Source of the DNA: Desulfobacteraceae bacterium
Lineage (GTDB): Bacteria; Desulfobacterota; Desulfobacteria; Desulfobacterales; JAABRJ01
NCBI GenBank assembly: GCA_022340425.1
Contig: JAJDNY010000135.1
Span: 2,806 to 66,805 of the forward strand
DNA length: 64,000 nucleotides
Reading direction: 5' to 3'
Shown: piece by piece, positions 46,665 through 55,540 of the stretch
How positions within the stretch are numbered: position 1 is the stretch's first letter
Layout: the number at the start of each line of letters is the position of its first letter
Translations under genes and position numbers: made by a program
Notes under the pieces: generated by a model
The model's database searches: none
What the model was told of the DNA's origin: nothing
Seen by the model: only the letters and a program-made list of their open reading frames with translations

Positions 46665-47606
46665 TCAGGCGAGAAGGGTGCCCGGCGGCAGGTGGTGGCC
46701 CCGCAGAAAATCCCGGATCGCGAGGCGCTTGCCGGATTCCCCCTGAATCTCCAGGATCGACAGCACCCCATCGCCGGTTGCCACCCGCAGCTCATCCTCG
46801 AATCCCGGAAGGACGCGGCCCGGGGTCTCGTCGGTTGCGGCCGCCAAGGGCTGCGCCCTGAAAATCTTGAGGCGCCGGTCGCCATGAAAGGTGTAGGCAC
46901 CGGGCCAGGGGGTCATCCCCCGAATGAAGCAGGCCAATTCCCGGGCGGACTTTTGCCAGGTAATCCGACCGTCTTTCTTGGCGAGCAGCGGGGCATAGGT
47001 GGCCTGCCGGTCGTCCTGGGCCACCGGGGTCAGGGTGCCGCTGGCCAGGCCTCCCAGGGCCGTGATCAACAGTTCGGCGCCGGCCACAGACAGCCGGTCG
47101 TGAAGGGTTGCCGAGGTATCCTCCGAGCGGATCACCACCTCCCGCGCGCAGAGGGTGGGGCCGGTGTCCAGACCCTCCTCCATCAGCATCGCGGTCACCC
47201 CGGTGACGGTGTCCCCGTTGATCAGCGCCCACTGGATCGGGGCCGGCCCCCGATAGCGGGGCAGGAGCGAGCCGTGGATGTTGACCGCCCCCAAACGTGG
47301 CAGGTTGAGCAGCGCAGCCGGCAGAATTCGGCCGAAGGCCACCACCACCAGGACGTCCGGCGCCAGCGCGGCCATTTCGCGGACGAACGCCTCGGTGCGG
47401 ATTTTTTCGGGCTGCAGCACCGGGATGCCCAGCCGCTGGGCGCTGCGCTTGACCGGGGGCGGAGTCAGCTGGCGGCCGCGACCCACCGGGCGGTCCGGCT
47501 GGGTCACCGCCGCCAGCACCCGGTGACCGGCGGCGGCCAGGGCCTCCAGGGACGGTACGGCAAACGCCGGGGTTCCCATGAAGATGATGTCGAGGGGCTT
47601 TTTCAC
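46665..47606 (-). CDS. fmt: Methionyl-tRNA formyltransferase
   Basis: IIFMGTPAFAVPSL...NIHGSLLPRYRGPAPIQWA motifs; directly downstream of def. Confidence 0.95.
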   Translation of the reverse strand: MKKPLDIIFMGTPAFAVPSLEALAAAGHRVLAAVTQPDRPVGRGRQLTPPPVKRSAQRLGIPVLQPEKIRTEAFVREMAALAPDVLVVVAFGRILPAALLNLPRLGAVNIHGSLLPRYRGPAPIQWALINGDTVTGVTAMLMEEGLDTGPTLCAREVVIRSEDTSATLHDRLSVAGAELLITALGGLASGTLTPVAQDDRQATYAPLLAKKDGRITWQKSARELACFIRGMTPWPGAYTFHGDRRLKIFRAQPLAAATDETPGRVLPGFEDELRVATGDGVLSILEIQGESGKRLAIRDFLRGHHLPPGTLLA

Positions 47607-47607
47607 G

Positions 47608-48120
47608 TCAGGCCAGCTTCATCTGTTTTTTGATGCGGCGCTTGTAGAGCTGCCGTTTGAGGGAGCTGATGTGCTCGATAAAGAGCGTGCCTTCCAGATG
47701 GTCGATCTCGTGCTGCAGGACGATGGCCTGAAACCCGGAGGCCTCGATTTCGAGCTCATTGCCCTCCCGGTCGTAACCTTTGACGAAGACCGTGCGGGCG
47801 CGCAAAACATCCGCCCGGAAATCGGGCACGCTGAGGCAGCCCTCGTTTTCCGACAGGACCTCCCCCTCCTTGTTTACGATCCGCGGGTTGATGAGAACCT
47901 GCAGGGCGCGTTCGCCCTCTTGGGCTGCGATGTCGTAGATCAGAAAACTCTGGTCGATGCCAACCTGGATCGCCGCCAGGCCGATCCCCGGCGCCGCGTA
48001 CATGGTCTCGGCCATGCGGTCGATCTGCTGCTGCAGCGCACCGTTGATGTTTTTGACCGGCTGGGTGGGCTTGAGCAGAAACTTTTCGGGATAGGTCAAT
48101 ATTTGGAGTGGTGTGGACAT
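47608..48120 (-). CDS. def: Peptide deformylase
   Basis: GIGLAAIQVG, EGCLSVP and HEIDHLEG motifs. Confidence 0.95.
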   Translation of the reverse strand: MSTPLQILTYPEKFLLKPTQPVKNINGALQQQIDRMAETMYAAPGIGLAAIQVGIDQSFLIYDIAAQEGERALQVLINPRIVNKEGEVLSENEGCLSVPDFRADVLRARTVFVKGYDREGNELEIEASGFQAIVLQHEIDHLEGTLFIEHISSLKRQLYKRRIKKQMKLA

Positions 48121-48174
48121 GGTAATTACCTTGGGGATTGACGGCGGCCGCCCGTCGGCGGTCCGAGGCGGCCT

Positions 48175-49110
48175 CTACAGGTTCAGCAGCCCGCGTGCGG
48201 TCTGGACATCCTGCCGGATCTGGGCCGAGAGCTCGGCGATGCTGTTGAACTTTTTTTCGTCCCGGATGCGCTCGATGAAGTTCACCCGGATCTCCTCGCC
48301 GTAGAGGTTGCCGCTGAAATCCAGGAGGTGGACCTCCACGGTGAACAGGTGGTCGTCGAAGGTCGGGCTGTAGCCGATGTTGGCCACGCCCTTGAACTTC
48401 TCGCCCAGGCATTCGACGGTCACGGCGTAGACGCCGGTCTGGGGGCAGAGCTCGTCGTAGAGGTTGATATTGGCCGTCGGGCAGCCGAGCAGCTTGCCGC
48501 CGCGGTCGCGTCCGGTGGCCACGGTGCCGCGGATCTGGTAATGGCGTCCCAGCAGGAAGCGGGCCTTGGCGACCTTGCCGGCCATGACCAGCTTGCGGAT
48601 GCGGGTGCTGCTGATGCGCCCCTGGAGCGTGTGGTTCATTTCGATCCAGTCCATGACGAGGACCTCGAAGCCCAGCGCTTGCCCGAGTTCCTGAAGCATG
48701 GCCAGGTTCCCCTTGCGGCCCCGGCCGAAGGTATAGTCCTTGCCGACGACGATGGCCCGCATGCCGATGCGTTTTACCAAAAGGTCCTCGACGAACTGGC
48801 GGGCCGGGATGGCGGCGAACTCCAGGGTGAAAGGCACGCCGAACAGGATGTCGATGCCCGTGCTGGCGATCAGTTCGACCTTCTGCCGGTAAAGCGTGAT
48901 CAGCGGAGGGTGGCCGTTGGGTTTGAGCACCCGGATGGGGTGAGGCTCGAAAGTCATGGCCACCGAGGTGCCGCCGATGGCGTCGGCCTTTTCGATCACC
49001 GCATGAAACAGGGCCTGATGGCCGATATGCACGCCGTCGAAATTGCCGATCGTAATCACGGCGTTTTTTAAAGGTTCCTTAATTTTTTCAAGGTCTTCTA
49101 TAAGGTGCAT
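48175..49110 (-). CDS. ribF: Bifunctional riboflavin kinase / FMN adenylyltransferase
   Basis: GNFDGVHIGHQ N-terminal motif. C-terminal riboflavin kinase (PTANI...GVANIG..PTF). Confidence 0.95.
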   Translation of the reverse strand: MHLIEDLEKIKEPLKNAVITIGNFDGVHIGHQALFHAVIEKADAIGGTSVAMTFEPHPIRVLKPNGHPPLITLYRQKVELIASTGIDILFGVPFTLEFAAIPARQFVEDLLVKRIGMRAIVVGKDYTFGRGRKGNLAMLQELGQALGFEVLVMDWIEMNHTLQGRISSTRIRKLVMAGKVAKARFLLGRHYQIRGTVATGRDRGGKLLGCPTANINLYDELCPQTGVYAVTVECLGEKFKGVANIGYSPTFDDHLFTVEVHLLDFSGNLYGEEIRVNFIERIRDEKKFNSIAELSAQIRQDVQTARGLLNL

Positions 49111-49140
49111 GATGGGTCGGATCCAGGTCGATTTTAGCGC

Positions 49141-49169
49141 TTGACAGGAAAACCAAAAAAAAATATATA
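49141..49169 (+). promoter_or_regulatory. Near-consensus sigma-70 promoter for tRNA-Leu
   Basis: TTGACA (49141-49146), 17-nt A-rich spacer, TATATA (49164-49169). A leader hairpin CCGCCAAA/TTTGGCGG (49181-49207) lies between the promoter and the tRNA. Confidence 0.5.
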
Positions 49170-49217
49170 AGACACCTTAACCGCCAAATCAATCCTTCTT
49201 TTGGCGGTCGCCCGCGT

Positions 49218-49304
49218 GCCGAAGTGGCGGAACTGGTAGACGCGCTAGGTTCAGGGTCTAGTCGACGTACGTCGGTGGGAGTTCGAGTCTCCCCTTCGGC
49301 ACCA
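49218..49304 (+). tRNA. tRNA-Leu (anticodon CAG), class II with long variable arm, CCA encoded
   Basis: Hand-folded cloverleaf:
- Acceptor stem GCCGAAG/CTTCGGC.
- D stem GCG/CGC.
- Anticodon stem CTAGG/TCTAG with loop TTCAGGG.
- Variable arm CGAC-GTAC-GTCG.
- T stem GGGAG/CTCCC with loop TTCGAGT.
- Discriminator A followed by CCA.
Very similar to E. coli tRNA-Leu(CAG). Confidence 0.9.
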
Positions 49305-49315
49305 AACAAACCCAA

Positions 49316-49350
49316 CGGGTCAGGTGACCAGCCTGGCCCGTTTTTGTTTT
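49316..49350 (+). terminator. Rho-independent terminator after tRNA-Leu
   Basis: CGGGTCAGG / CCTGGCCCG stem (one G-U pair) followed by TTTTTGTTTT. Confidence 0.7.
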
Positions 49351-49729
49351 TGGCCGAGCGCTGTATCCCCGCTTAAGCGCGTACCCAAACATAGGTCCTT
49401 CCGGGCGAAATGGAAGCCCCAATGGTTGGGAATCCGCTATTTGGATTTGAAAAGCCGCCCAGCGGTCCGATTTTGCTTGGCAAGCCAGCCTGTGAGTCGT
49501 AAAATAGTTTTAGTAGATTTCCTCATTGTGGTTTTGGCAGCCGGCTCGGTAAGCCTTTTTCTTCGCAAACAAAGCGTTTTCCAGGTTTTTAAGCGCGGCC
49601 AATCAAGGCCCCTGAAGGCGCGGGCTCATCATCTCCGGCGAGTCAAGCTCTTGGAGCACCGCCGGTTGGGGGCCAGGGGGCCAAACAATATGCTGGCAAA
49701 GTTTTGACCAAACCAAAGGAGGCCACAAC

Positions 49730-50251
49730 ATGAAGCAGCGGGATGGCGGCTGGAGCCCCTATCTGGCAGGGGCATTGAGTGGTGTGGTGGGCGTTTTGTC
49801 GGTCTGGTTCGCCGGGCAATTTTTGGGTGCATCCACCTCATTTGTGCGCACTGCCGGTATGATCGAGCAGCTTTTCGGACCGGAGCGGGTGGCTCAGATG
49901 GCCTATTTCGTCAAGACCGTGCCCAAGATCGACTGGCAGTGGATGTTCATGGTGGGTATTTTGCTCGGGTCGGCCATCGCGGCGGTCACCTCGGGCGCAT
50001 TCAAGCTGCAGGCCGTTCCCGATATGTGGGCTGCGCGCTTTGGCCGCGGCAGCACCGCCCGGCGTGCTCTCGTGGCCTTTGTGGGCGGCGTGGTGGCGAT
50101 GTTCGGGGCGCGCCTGGCCGATGGGTGACCGAGCGGGCACGGGTTGAGCGGTTCGCTTCAACTGGCTGTCAGTGGTTTTATCGCCTTGGTCTGCTTTTTT
50201 ATCGGCGGGATGGTCGTGGCCCGCATCGTCTATGGTGGAGGTGACCGATGA
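49730..50251 (+). CDS. YeeE/YedE-family sulfur/selenium transporter component (half 1), probable selenoprotein with in-frame UGA at 50126-50128
   Basis: The track ORF stops at ...GARLADG-TGA. The same frame continues as PSGHGLSGSLQLAVSGFIALVCFFIGGMVVARIVYGGGDR, ending in a TGA that overlaps the next ATG (ATGA). The RLADG-U-PSGHGLSG context matches the family motif RLAGGC(T/A)SGHG(I/L)SG, with Sec at the conserved Cys. Confidence 0.6.
50143..50162 (+). promoter_or_regulatory. Candidate bacterial SECIS hairpin
   Basis: GUUGAGCG-GUU-CGCU(U)CAAC is an 8-bp stem with one bulged U and a G-first apical loop. The loop begins 25 nt after the U of the UGA, within the spacing range typical of bacterial SECIS elements. 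Confidence 0.4.
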
Positions 50252-50775
50252 AGATGCTTGTCTACGGGCTGGTGACCGGTCTGCTCTTCGGTTTTTTGCT
50301 CCAGAAGGGGCGTGTCCTGCGCTATGATAAACAACTCGGCGCCCTGCGTCTGCTGGACATGACCATCGTCAAATTCATGCTCTCCAGTGTGATGGTCGGG
50401 ATGGTGGGGGTTTATCTTCTCCATGACCTGGGTCTTGCCAAGCTCTCCATCAAGGCCACGGTCTTGGGGCCCGTCATCATCGGCGGCCTTGTGTTCGGTA
50501 TCGGCTGGGGCCTTTTAGGGTATTGCCCGGGAACCTCCATGGGCGCCCTGGGCGAAGGCCGCTGGGATGCGGTCTGGGGGATTTTGGGGATGATCGTGGG
50601 GGCCGGCCTGTTTGCCGAAGCCTACCCCGCGTTGAAGCAAACGGTTTACACCTGGGGGGATTTTGGGCGCATCACCATGCCCGAGGTTCTCGGCATCAAC
50701 CACTGGGTCATCATTCCGCTTTTCATCGCAGGCGCCTTGCTGCTCTTCCGGTGGCTGGAAAAAAAGGGACTGTAG
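50248..50775 (+). CDS. YeeE/YedE-family transporter component (half 2)
   Basis: 175-aa multi-TM protein with a GLLGYCPGTSMGALGEG motif. Its start overlaps the read-through stop of the upstream gene. Confidence 0.8.
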   Translation: MKMLVYGLVTGLLFGFLLQKGRVLRYDKQLGALRLLDMTIVKFMLSSVMVGMVGVYLLHDLGLAKLSIKATVLGPVIIGGLVFGIGWGLLGYCPGTSMGALGEGRWDAVWGILGMIVGAGLFAEAYPALKQTVYTWGDFGRITMPEVLGINHWVIIPLFIAGALLLFRWLEKKGL

Positions 50776-50909
50776 ACCTTTTTTGCTGGGAGATTTAAGC
50801 CGGGGCGCAACCCGGGCGCCCATTGGTTCGAAACAGGCCGCAGCGGCCATCCCTGGCTTTTCGGGGTCACCTGCAGCAGGTGCACGCGCCGTTCGGCCCG
50901 GGTGTGAGC

Positions 50910-52742
50910 ATGGATTTCAAAGACACCAATGATATGTCATCCCCGCAGCGAACCCGGCCGGAAATTCCGCCGGATGCAGGCGCCGACTGCGCTGCGTCCG
51001 TTTTTGCGGCCTCCCATCCGCTTGCCGAGCGCATCAAAGAACTCAATTGCCTTTACGGCATCTCAAATCTGCTGGAAAATCACGGGGTATCCCTTTCCTG
51101 GATCATGCAGCGGGCCGTTGAACTAATACCGGCGGCCTGGCAGTATCCCCAAAACGCCTGTGCGCGAATCCTTCTGGACGGCCAGGAATACACCTCCCGA
51201 AATTTCAAGACCACCCCTTGGCGTCAAAGTACCACGATCATACTCAACGACCAGCCCGTCGGGGGAGTGGATGTTTTCTACCTTGAGGCGCCTCCTGAAA
51301 ACCCTGCGGGCCCGTTTCTGGAGGAGGAGCAAAGGCTGCTTAGGGCCATCGGGGAACGCTTGAGTAAAGTACTCTGGCTGAAGCGCTCAGAAGAAGCCCT
51401 GAAAGAAAGCGAAGCCCGCTACAGGGTGCTCACCGAGCAGGTCGCCGAAGGGGTCGCGCTGGTTCAGGATGGGCGCTTCCGCTATGTCAACCCGGCGTTT
51501 TGCGGGATGTTCAACGTCCCGCTGGCGGAGGCCCTGATCGGTGGGCTTGTGAGCGCCCCGGCAGTCGGTGCAGCCGATGACATTGCCTGCCTGTACGCCG
51601 GCTCTGCGGCAGATGACCCCACGACCCGGGTGGAGAACGTGCACCGCTTGGCCCGGGATGGCGCCACTTGCTGGATTCAGGTCTGCCACAGTCCCATCAC
51701 CCTGAAAGGCCTGCCGGCACTGCTCTCCACATTCAAGGACATCACCGAGATCAAGGAGCAGCAGGTGGCCGCAGAGAAGATGGCCGACCTGTTGGACCGC
51801 GAAAACCGCGTGTTGCGCGCCTCGTTGAGCGATCGCTACCGGCTTGGAGAAATCCTGGGCCGCTCGGCGGCCATGCAAACGGTCTACGAGCTGATTCTGA
51901 AAGCGGCCGCAACCGATGCCAGTGTCGCAATTTTCGGCGAATCCGGGACCGGCAAAGAGCTTGTGGCCCGTGCGATCCACGACCACAGCCACCGCAAAAA
52001 GGCGCGCTTTGTGGCGGTCAACTGTGGGGCCATCCAGGAGACCCTTTTCGAACGCGAATTTTTCGGCCATCGCAAGGGGGCCTTTTCAAGCGCCCACGCC
52101 GATTCCCCGGGCTACCTGGATATGGCCGCGGGCGGAACCCTGTTTCTCGATGAGGTCGGGGATCTGACCCCCGGTATGCAAGCCAAGCTCCTGCGGGCGA
52201 TCGAGGGCGGCGGCTATCGGCCGGTAGGCGGAACGGAGGCCATTTTGTCCGATTTCCGCATCATATCGGCCTCAAATGCCCCACTGGCCGACAGGGTTGT
52301 CAAAGGCGAGATGCGCGATGATTTTTTCTACCGGATCCAGGTGATCCAGATCCAGCTGCCCCCCTTGCGCGAGCGGCGCCAGGACATCCCCCTGCTGGTG
52401 GAGCATTTTTTGCGCAAGATGCGGCCGCCCGCTGATTCCATCAGGATCGCCGGACCCATCATGGACGCCTTGATGGACTACGACTGGCCCGGCAATGTCC
52501 GCGAGCTGCGCAACGTCCTGCAGCGTTACGCCACCCTCGGCCAGCTTGAGTTTCTCTCCCCGGGCCAACAGCCTTCAACGGCCCCCATCACAGCCGCCCT
52601 TGATCTGCGCGAAGCCGTCCAGCAGCTGGAAAAGTCCTTGATTTTACGAGCTCTTCGAGAAGCAGGCGGGAACCGCACCAAAGCCGCCAGATTACTGGGC
52701 ATATCCCGCCGCGCCCTTTTCCGCAAAATAACCGCCCCATGA
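50910..52742 (+). CDS. Sigma-54-dependent transcriptional activator (N-terminal GAF-like + PAS sensory domains, AAA+, Fis-type HTH)
   Basis: [15 protein letters not shown] Walker [16 protein letters not shown] (GAFTGA-loop variant), [10 protein letters not shown], and a C-terminal HTH ([15 protein letters not shown]). Start taken at the ATG at 50910. Confidence 0.9.
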   Translation: MDFKDTNDMSSPQRTRPEIPPDAGADCAASVFAASHPLAERIKELNCLYGISNLLENHGVSLSWIMQRAVELIPAAWQYPQNACARILLDGQEYTSRNFKTTPWRQSTTIILNDQPVGGVDVFYLEAPPENPAGPFLEEEQRLLRAIGERLSKVLWLKRSEEALKESEARYRVLTEQVAEGVALVQDGRFRYVNPAFCGMFNVPLAEALIGGLVSAPAVGAADDIACLYAGSAADDPTTRVENVHRLARDGATCWIQVCHSPITLKGLPALLSTFKDITEIKEQQVAAEKMADLLDRENRVLRASLSDRYRLGEILGRSAAMQTVYELILKAAATDASVAIFGESGTGKELVARAIHDHSHRKKARFVAVNCGAIQETLFEREFFGHRKGAFSSAHADSPGYLDMAAGGTLFLDEVGDLTPGMQAKLLRAIEGGGYRPVGGTEAILSDFRIISASNAPLADRVVKGEMRDDFFYRIQVIQIQLPPLRERRQDIPLLVEHFLRKMRPPADSIRIAGPIMDALMDYDWPGNVRELRNVLQRYATLGQLEFLSPGQQPSTAPITAALDLREAVQQLEKSLILRALREAGGNRTKAARLLGISRRALFRKITAP

Positions 52743-52927
52743 GTGCCTGAACCGCCCCTATCGGGGCGAAAACGCTCATATCCTAAAAAAGTAATTAATT
52801 TAGATTGTTGTAAGTTAAACCGCCACTCAAAGGCGGGCGCTTAATTCCCAGCGGTCAGCCTGTGGATTTTGTTTAAAAACAAAAAATTTCATTTATTTCC
52901 AATTAGTTATCACCTTATTGGGCAGGG

Positions 52928-52943
52928 TGGTATTTTTTTTGCT
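52928..52943 (+). promoter_or_regulatory. Candidate sigma-54 (-24/-12) promoter TGGTAT-N6-TTGCT
   Basis: TGGTATTTTTTTTGCT has the invariant GG-N10-GC spacing. It lies 185 nt after the activator stop and about 85 nt upstream of the first small ORF. Confidence 0.35.
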
Positions 52944-53028
52944 GTAATCTGCGGCAAAACCGCAAAAGACGCCGAGTCCGGTCATCGGTGTATAACCTGA
53001 AATAATCGCATTTCTGGAGGTGCTTTCG

Positions 53029-53262
53029 ATGAGACTCGTGAAAAACAAAGCTTCCGGTAAATTTTTTATCGTTCTCGACGAGAATGATGCCCGGGAAACC
53101 GATTTCATGCTGATCACCCCCGAGGGAAGGGTCAAACAACTCGAGCAGCATCTGTTTGAGTCTTTGGATGACGTTGACCCCGCAGAGGACCGCTGCATCC
53201 AGCGCTACACAGCGGCCCAGTTGAAGAGATATCGCCGCTATCTCAAAGAGGAAAGCCTTTGA
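53029..53262 (+). CDS. Hypothetical small protein (77 aa)
   Basis: ATG at 53029, 8 nt after CTGGAGG. MRLVKNKASGKFFIVLDENDARETDFMLITPEGRVKQLE... I recognise no family. Confidence 0.4.
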   Translation: MRLVKNKASGKFFIVLDENDARETDFMLITPEGRVKQLEQHLFESLDDVDPAEDRCIQRYTAAQLKRYRRYLKEESL

Positions 53263-53329
53263 AACCGAGCTTTCGCGGACAGCGGATGATTCGCGGATGC
53301 AATTGAGCAGACCGGAGAGGAGATTTGTC

Positions 53330-53743
53330 ATGTCGGATGATCCTTTTGGAAATCTTCAGGATTGGGGAGAGGCCCTCGAACTTCTCGATGAGCTGTCACG
53401 AAACGGCCGTTTGGCGGAATGCCAGCGCGGTTTGGTGCGGATACTGAACTACAAGGGCAACTGGCGCCTTCGGGAGGAAGTCCTGAAGCGCTTGGATCAA
53501 ATTGAAGCACCGACCGATGAACTGATTGGACAAGTTCTCAGCATCCTCGCAGATGACAACACCTACTACGAGGCAAGAATTATGGCGAGCGGCGCCCTGA
53601 TGCAATTTTTAAAAAACGGTGAAAGCGAGGTGCGGCCGGAGTTGAATCTGAAAAGTCGAAAAATAATTGAAAAGCTTTGCAAAACACCCCAGCCGCCGAT
53701 TTTTGAAAAAGCCCTCCAAGAATGCAACCAGGCGTTGGCCTGA
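53330..53743 (+). CDS. Hypothetical all-helical (HEAT/ARM-repeat-like) protein (137 aa)
   Basis: ATG at 53330 after GGAGAGGAG. Helical-repeat-like sequence (…VLSILADDNTYYEARIMASGALMQFL…). Family uncertain. Confidence 0.45.
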   Translation: MSDDPFGNLQDWGEALELLDELSRNGRLAECQRGLVRILNYKGNWRLREEVLKRLDQIEAPTDELIGQVLSILADDNTYYEARIMASGALMQFLKNGESEVRPELNLKSRKIIEKLCKTPQPPIFEKALQECNQALA

Positions 53744-53799
53744 GCGGCTTCAGGGTGAAGTCAAACGCCTGCTCTTGATATCAAAAAAGGAACACTAGC

Positions 53800-54036
53800 A
53801 TGATGACCAATACGATTAGAAACTTTGGTTTATGCTTTACCTGCAATCACCGCTGGGCTTGTCTGTCTCTGAGAAACAGCCTTCGGGAGGGTATTCCGAT
53901 TTTGCACTGCGAACAGTTTGATGATGGTGCTGCCGGTGGGGGCGATTTTCGCCTCCGGAAAAAACCGAGAACATGGTTTTTGGAAAATAACGCGACCACA
54001 CCAGCGCCTTTCTTCAAATCTGGGCTGGAAGCTTGA
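53800..54036 (+). CDS. Hypothetical small Cys/His-containing protein (78 aa)
   Basis: MMTNTIRNFGLCFTCNHRWACLSLRNSLREGIPILHCEQFDD... has a possible metal-binding CxxCxH...C...HC pattern. It ends 14 nt before the pntAA ATG. Weak RBS. Confidence 0.4.
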   Translation: MMTNTIRNFGLCFTCNHRWACLSLRNSLREGIPILHCEQFDDGAAGGGDFRLRKKPRTWFLENNATTPAPFFKSGLEA

Positions 54037-54050
54037 GGAAAGGAGGCACC

Positions 54051-55220
54051 ATGCGAATCGGAATACCCAGAGAAATACTGCCGGAAGAAAAAAGAGTCGC
54101 CGCCACCCCCGAGACGGTCCTAAAGTATATCCAGATGGGTTTCAGCGTGGCGGTCGAATCCGCAGCGGGGGAGGGCGTCGGAAGAAGCGATGAAGAATAC
54201 CAAAATGCGGGGGCGGTCATAATCTCCGATGTTCAAAAACTTTTTTCCGATTCGGACATCATCTTAAAAGTCAAACAACCGGTCTTCAACGATGCCATTG
54301 ATCGGCACGAAGCCCGGATGCTCAAAGACGGCAGTATTCTGATCACCTTTCTGCACCCGGCAGCGCATGGTAATCACGACATGGTCCGCGTGCTGCGGGA
54401 TAAGAACATCACCGCCTTCACCATGGATGGCATTCCGCGCATTCCCAGGGCCCAGAGAATGGATGCCTTGTCTTCGATGAGCACCGTCACCGGCTACAAG
54501 GCTGTGCTGGTGGCCGCCAATCGCCTGCCCAAGTTCGTGCCCATGATCACCACCGCCATCGGCACCGTCAAGCCGGCCCAATTCTTGGTCGTCGGCGCGG
54601 GGGTTGTCGGCCTTCAGGCGATTGCCACCGCCAAACGGTTGGGAGGGGTCGTCAAGGCCCTGGATATTCGCAAAGAAGCCTGCACCCAGGCCGAAAGTCT
54701 GGGGGCCAAAGTGGCGCCATTCGATATTCCCCAAGAACTGGCGGTGGGCAAAGGCGGGTATGCAAAGTCCCTGGAAGCCGAATGGCTGGAAATCGAGCGC
54801 AATGTGATGAAGCCCTTGCTAGAGGAGGCTGACGTTGTGGTCCTCAGCGCCCTGGTGCCAGGTGAGGTCGCACCGATTCTGATCACCGCGGAAATGGTGC
54901 GGGTGATGAAGCGGGATGCGGTGATCATGGATATCGCCATCGATCAGGGGGGCAACTGTGCGGCCACGGAGCCTGGGGAGTTTGTTCAAAAAGAAGGCGT
55001 CCACATTTGCGGCATCCAGAACATTCCGGGCAGAATGGCCGTCCATGCCAGTTGGTTGTACGCCAACAACATGTACCACTATGTGGCCAATCTTTTCAAA
55101 AACGGAGTGGGCACCCTCGATTTGGATGACGAAATCGCCAAGGAATCCCTTGTGACCTACCAGGGTAAAATTGTTTTTGAAGGCGCCCTTAAGGCGATGG
55201 GTTTTCATTACGTGCAGTGA
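54051..55220 (+). CDS. pntAA: NAD(P) transhydrogenase alpha subunit part 1 (dI, NAD(H)-binding)
   Basis: MRIGIPREILPEEKRVAATPE..., Rossmann motif VVGAGVVGLQAIATAKRLGG. AGGAGG RBS before the ATG at 54051. Alanine-dehydrogenase/PNT family. Confidence 0.9.
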   Translation: MRIGIPREILPEEKRVAATPETVLKYIQMGFSVAVESAAGEGVGRSDEEYQNAGAVIISDVQKLFSDSDIILKVKQPVFNDAIDRHEARMLKDGSILITFLHPAAHGNHDMVRVLRDKNITAFTMDGIPRIPRAQRMDALSSMSTVTGYKAVLVAANRLPKFVPMITTAIGTVKPAQFLVVGAGVVGLQAIATAKRLGGVVKALDIRKEACTQAESLGAKVAPFDIPQELAVGKGGYAKSLEAEWLEIERNVMKPLLEEADVVVLSALVPGEVAPILITAEMVRVMKRDAVIMDIAIDQGGNCAATEPGEFVQKEGVHICGIQNIPGRMAVHASWLYANNMYHYVANLFKNGVGTLDLDDEIAKESLVTYQGKIVFEGALKAMGFHYVQ

Positions 55221-55240
55221 TGCCTGTCGGGAGGCTTTGT

Positions 55241-55540
55241 ATGGAAAATCTTTTGTTTTTGAGCGGGGTTTTTCTTTTCTACTTTTTTGTCGCCTATGTC
55301 CTGATCTCCCGCGTTCCAACCCTCCTGCACACCCCCTTGATGTCCATGACGAATGCTGTTTCCGCCGTTACCCTGCTGGGCGCCCTGATTCTGTTTTCGG
55401 TTCCGACGACCGCGGTTGAAAGGATTCTTGCCGGCCTCGCCATTGTGGCCGCGGCCTTCAATGTCGTCGGCGGGTTTGCCATTACGGATCGCATGCTCAG
55501 GCTCTTCAAAGAAAAAGAGGCCGAGACCGAGACCCGATGA
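55241..55540 (+). CDS. pntAB: NAD(P) transhydrogenase alpha subunit part 2 (membrane dII-a)
   Basis: About 99-aa 3-TM protein with HTPLMSMTNAVSAV motif. GGGAGG RBS. Its stop overlaps the pntB ATG. Confidence 0.85.
   Translation: MENLLFLSGVFLFYFFVAYVLISRVPTLLHTPLMSMTNAVSAVTLLGALILFSVPTTAVERILAGLAIVAAAFNVVGGFAITDRMLRLFKEKEAETETR

Noticed and set aside
49324-49707. 127-aa ORF in the AT-richer spacer after tRNA-Leu.
   Set aside because: It begins inside the tRNA terminator, has no RBS, and has a basic low-information composition. I treat it as intergenic, though a small regulatory RNA cannot be excluded.
49694-49707. TGGCAAAGTTTTGA upstream of the YeeE gene, considered as a sigma-54 promoter.
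   Set aside because: The GG-to-G spacing is one nt short and the -12 element reads GA instead of GC. It is also only about 25 nt from the start codon. It does not meet the GG-N10-GC rule.
49110-49730. tRNA-Leu plus adjacent AT-rich DNA considered as a genomic-island integration site.
   Set aside because: There is no integrase, transposase or phage gene nearby, I found no direct repeat of the tRNA 3' end, and the flanking genes are ordinary chromosomal functions.
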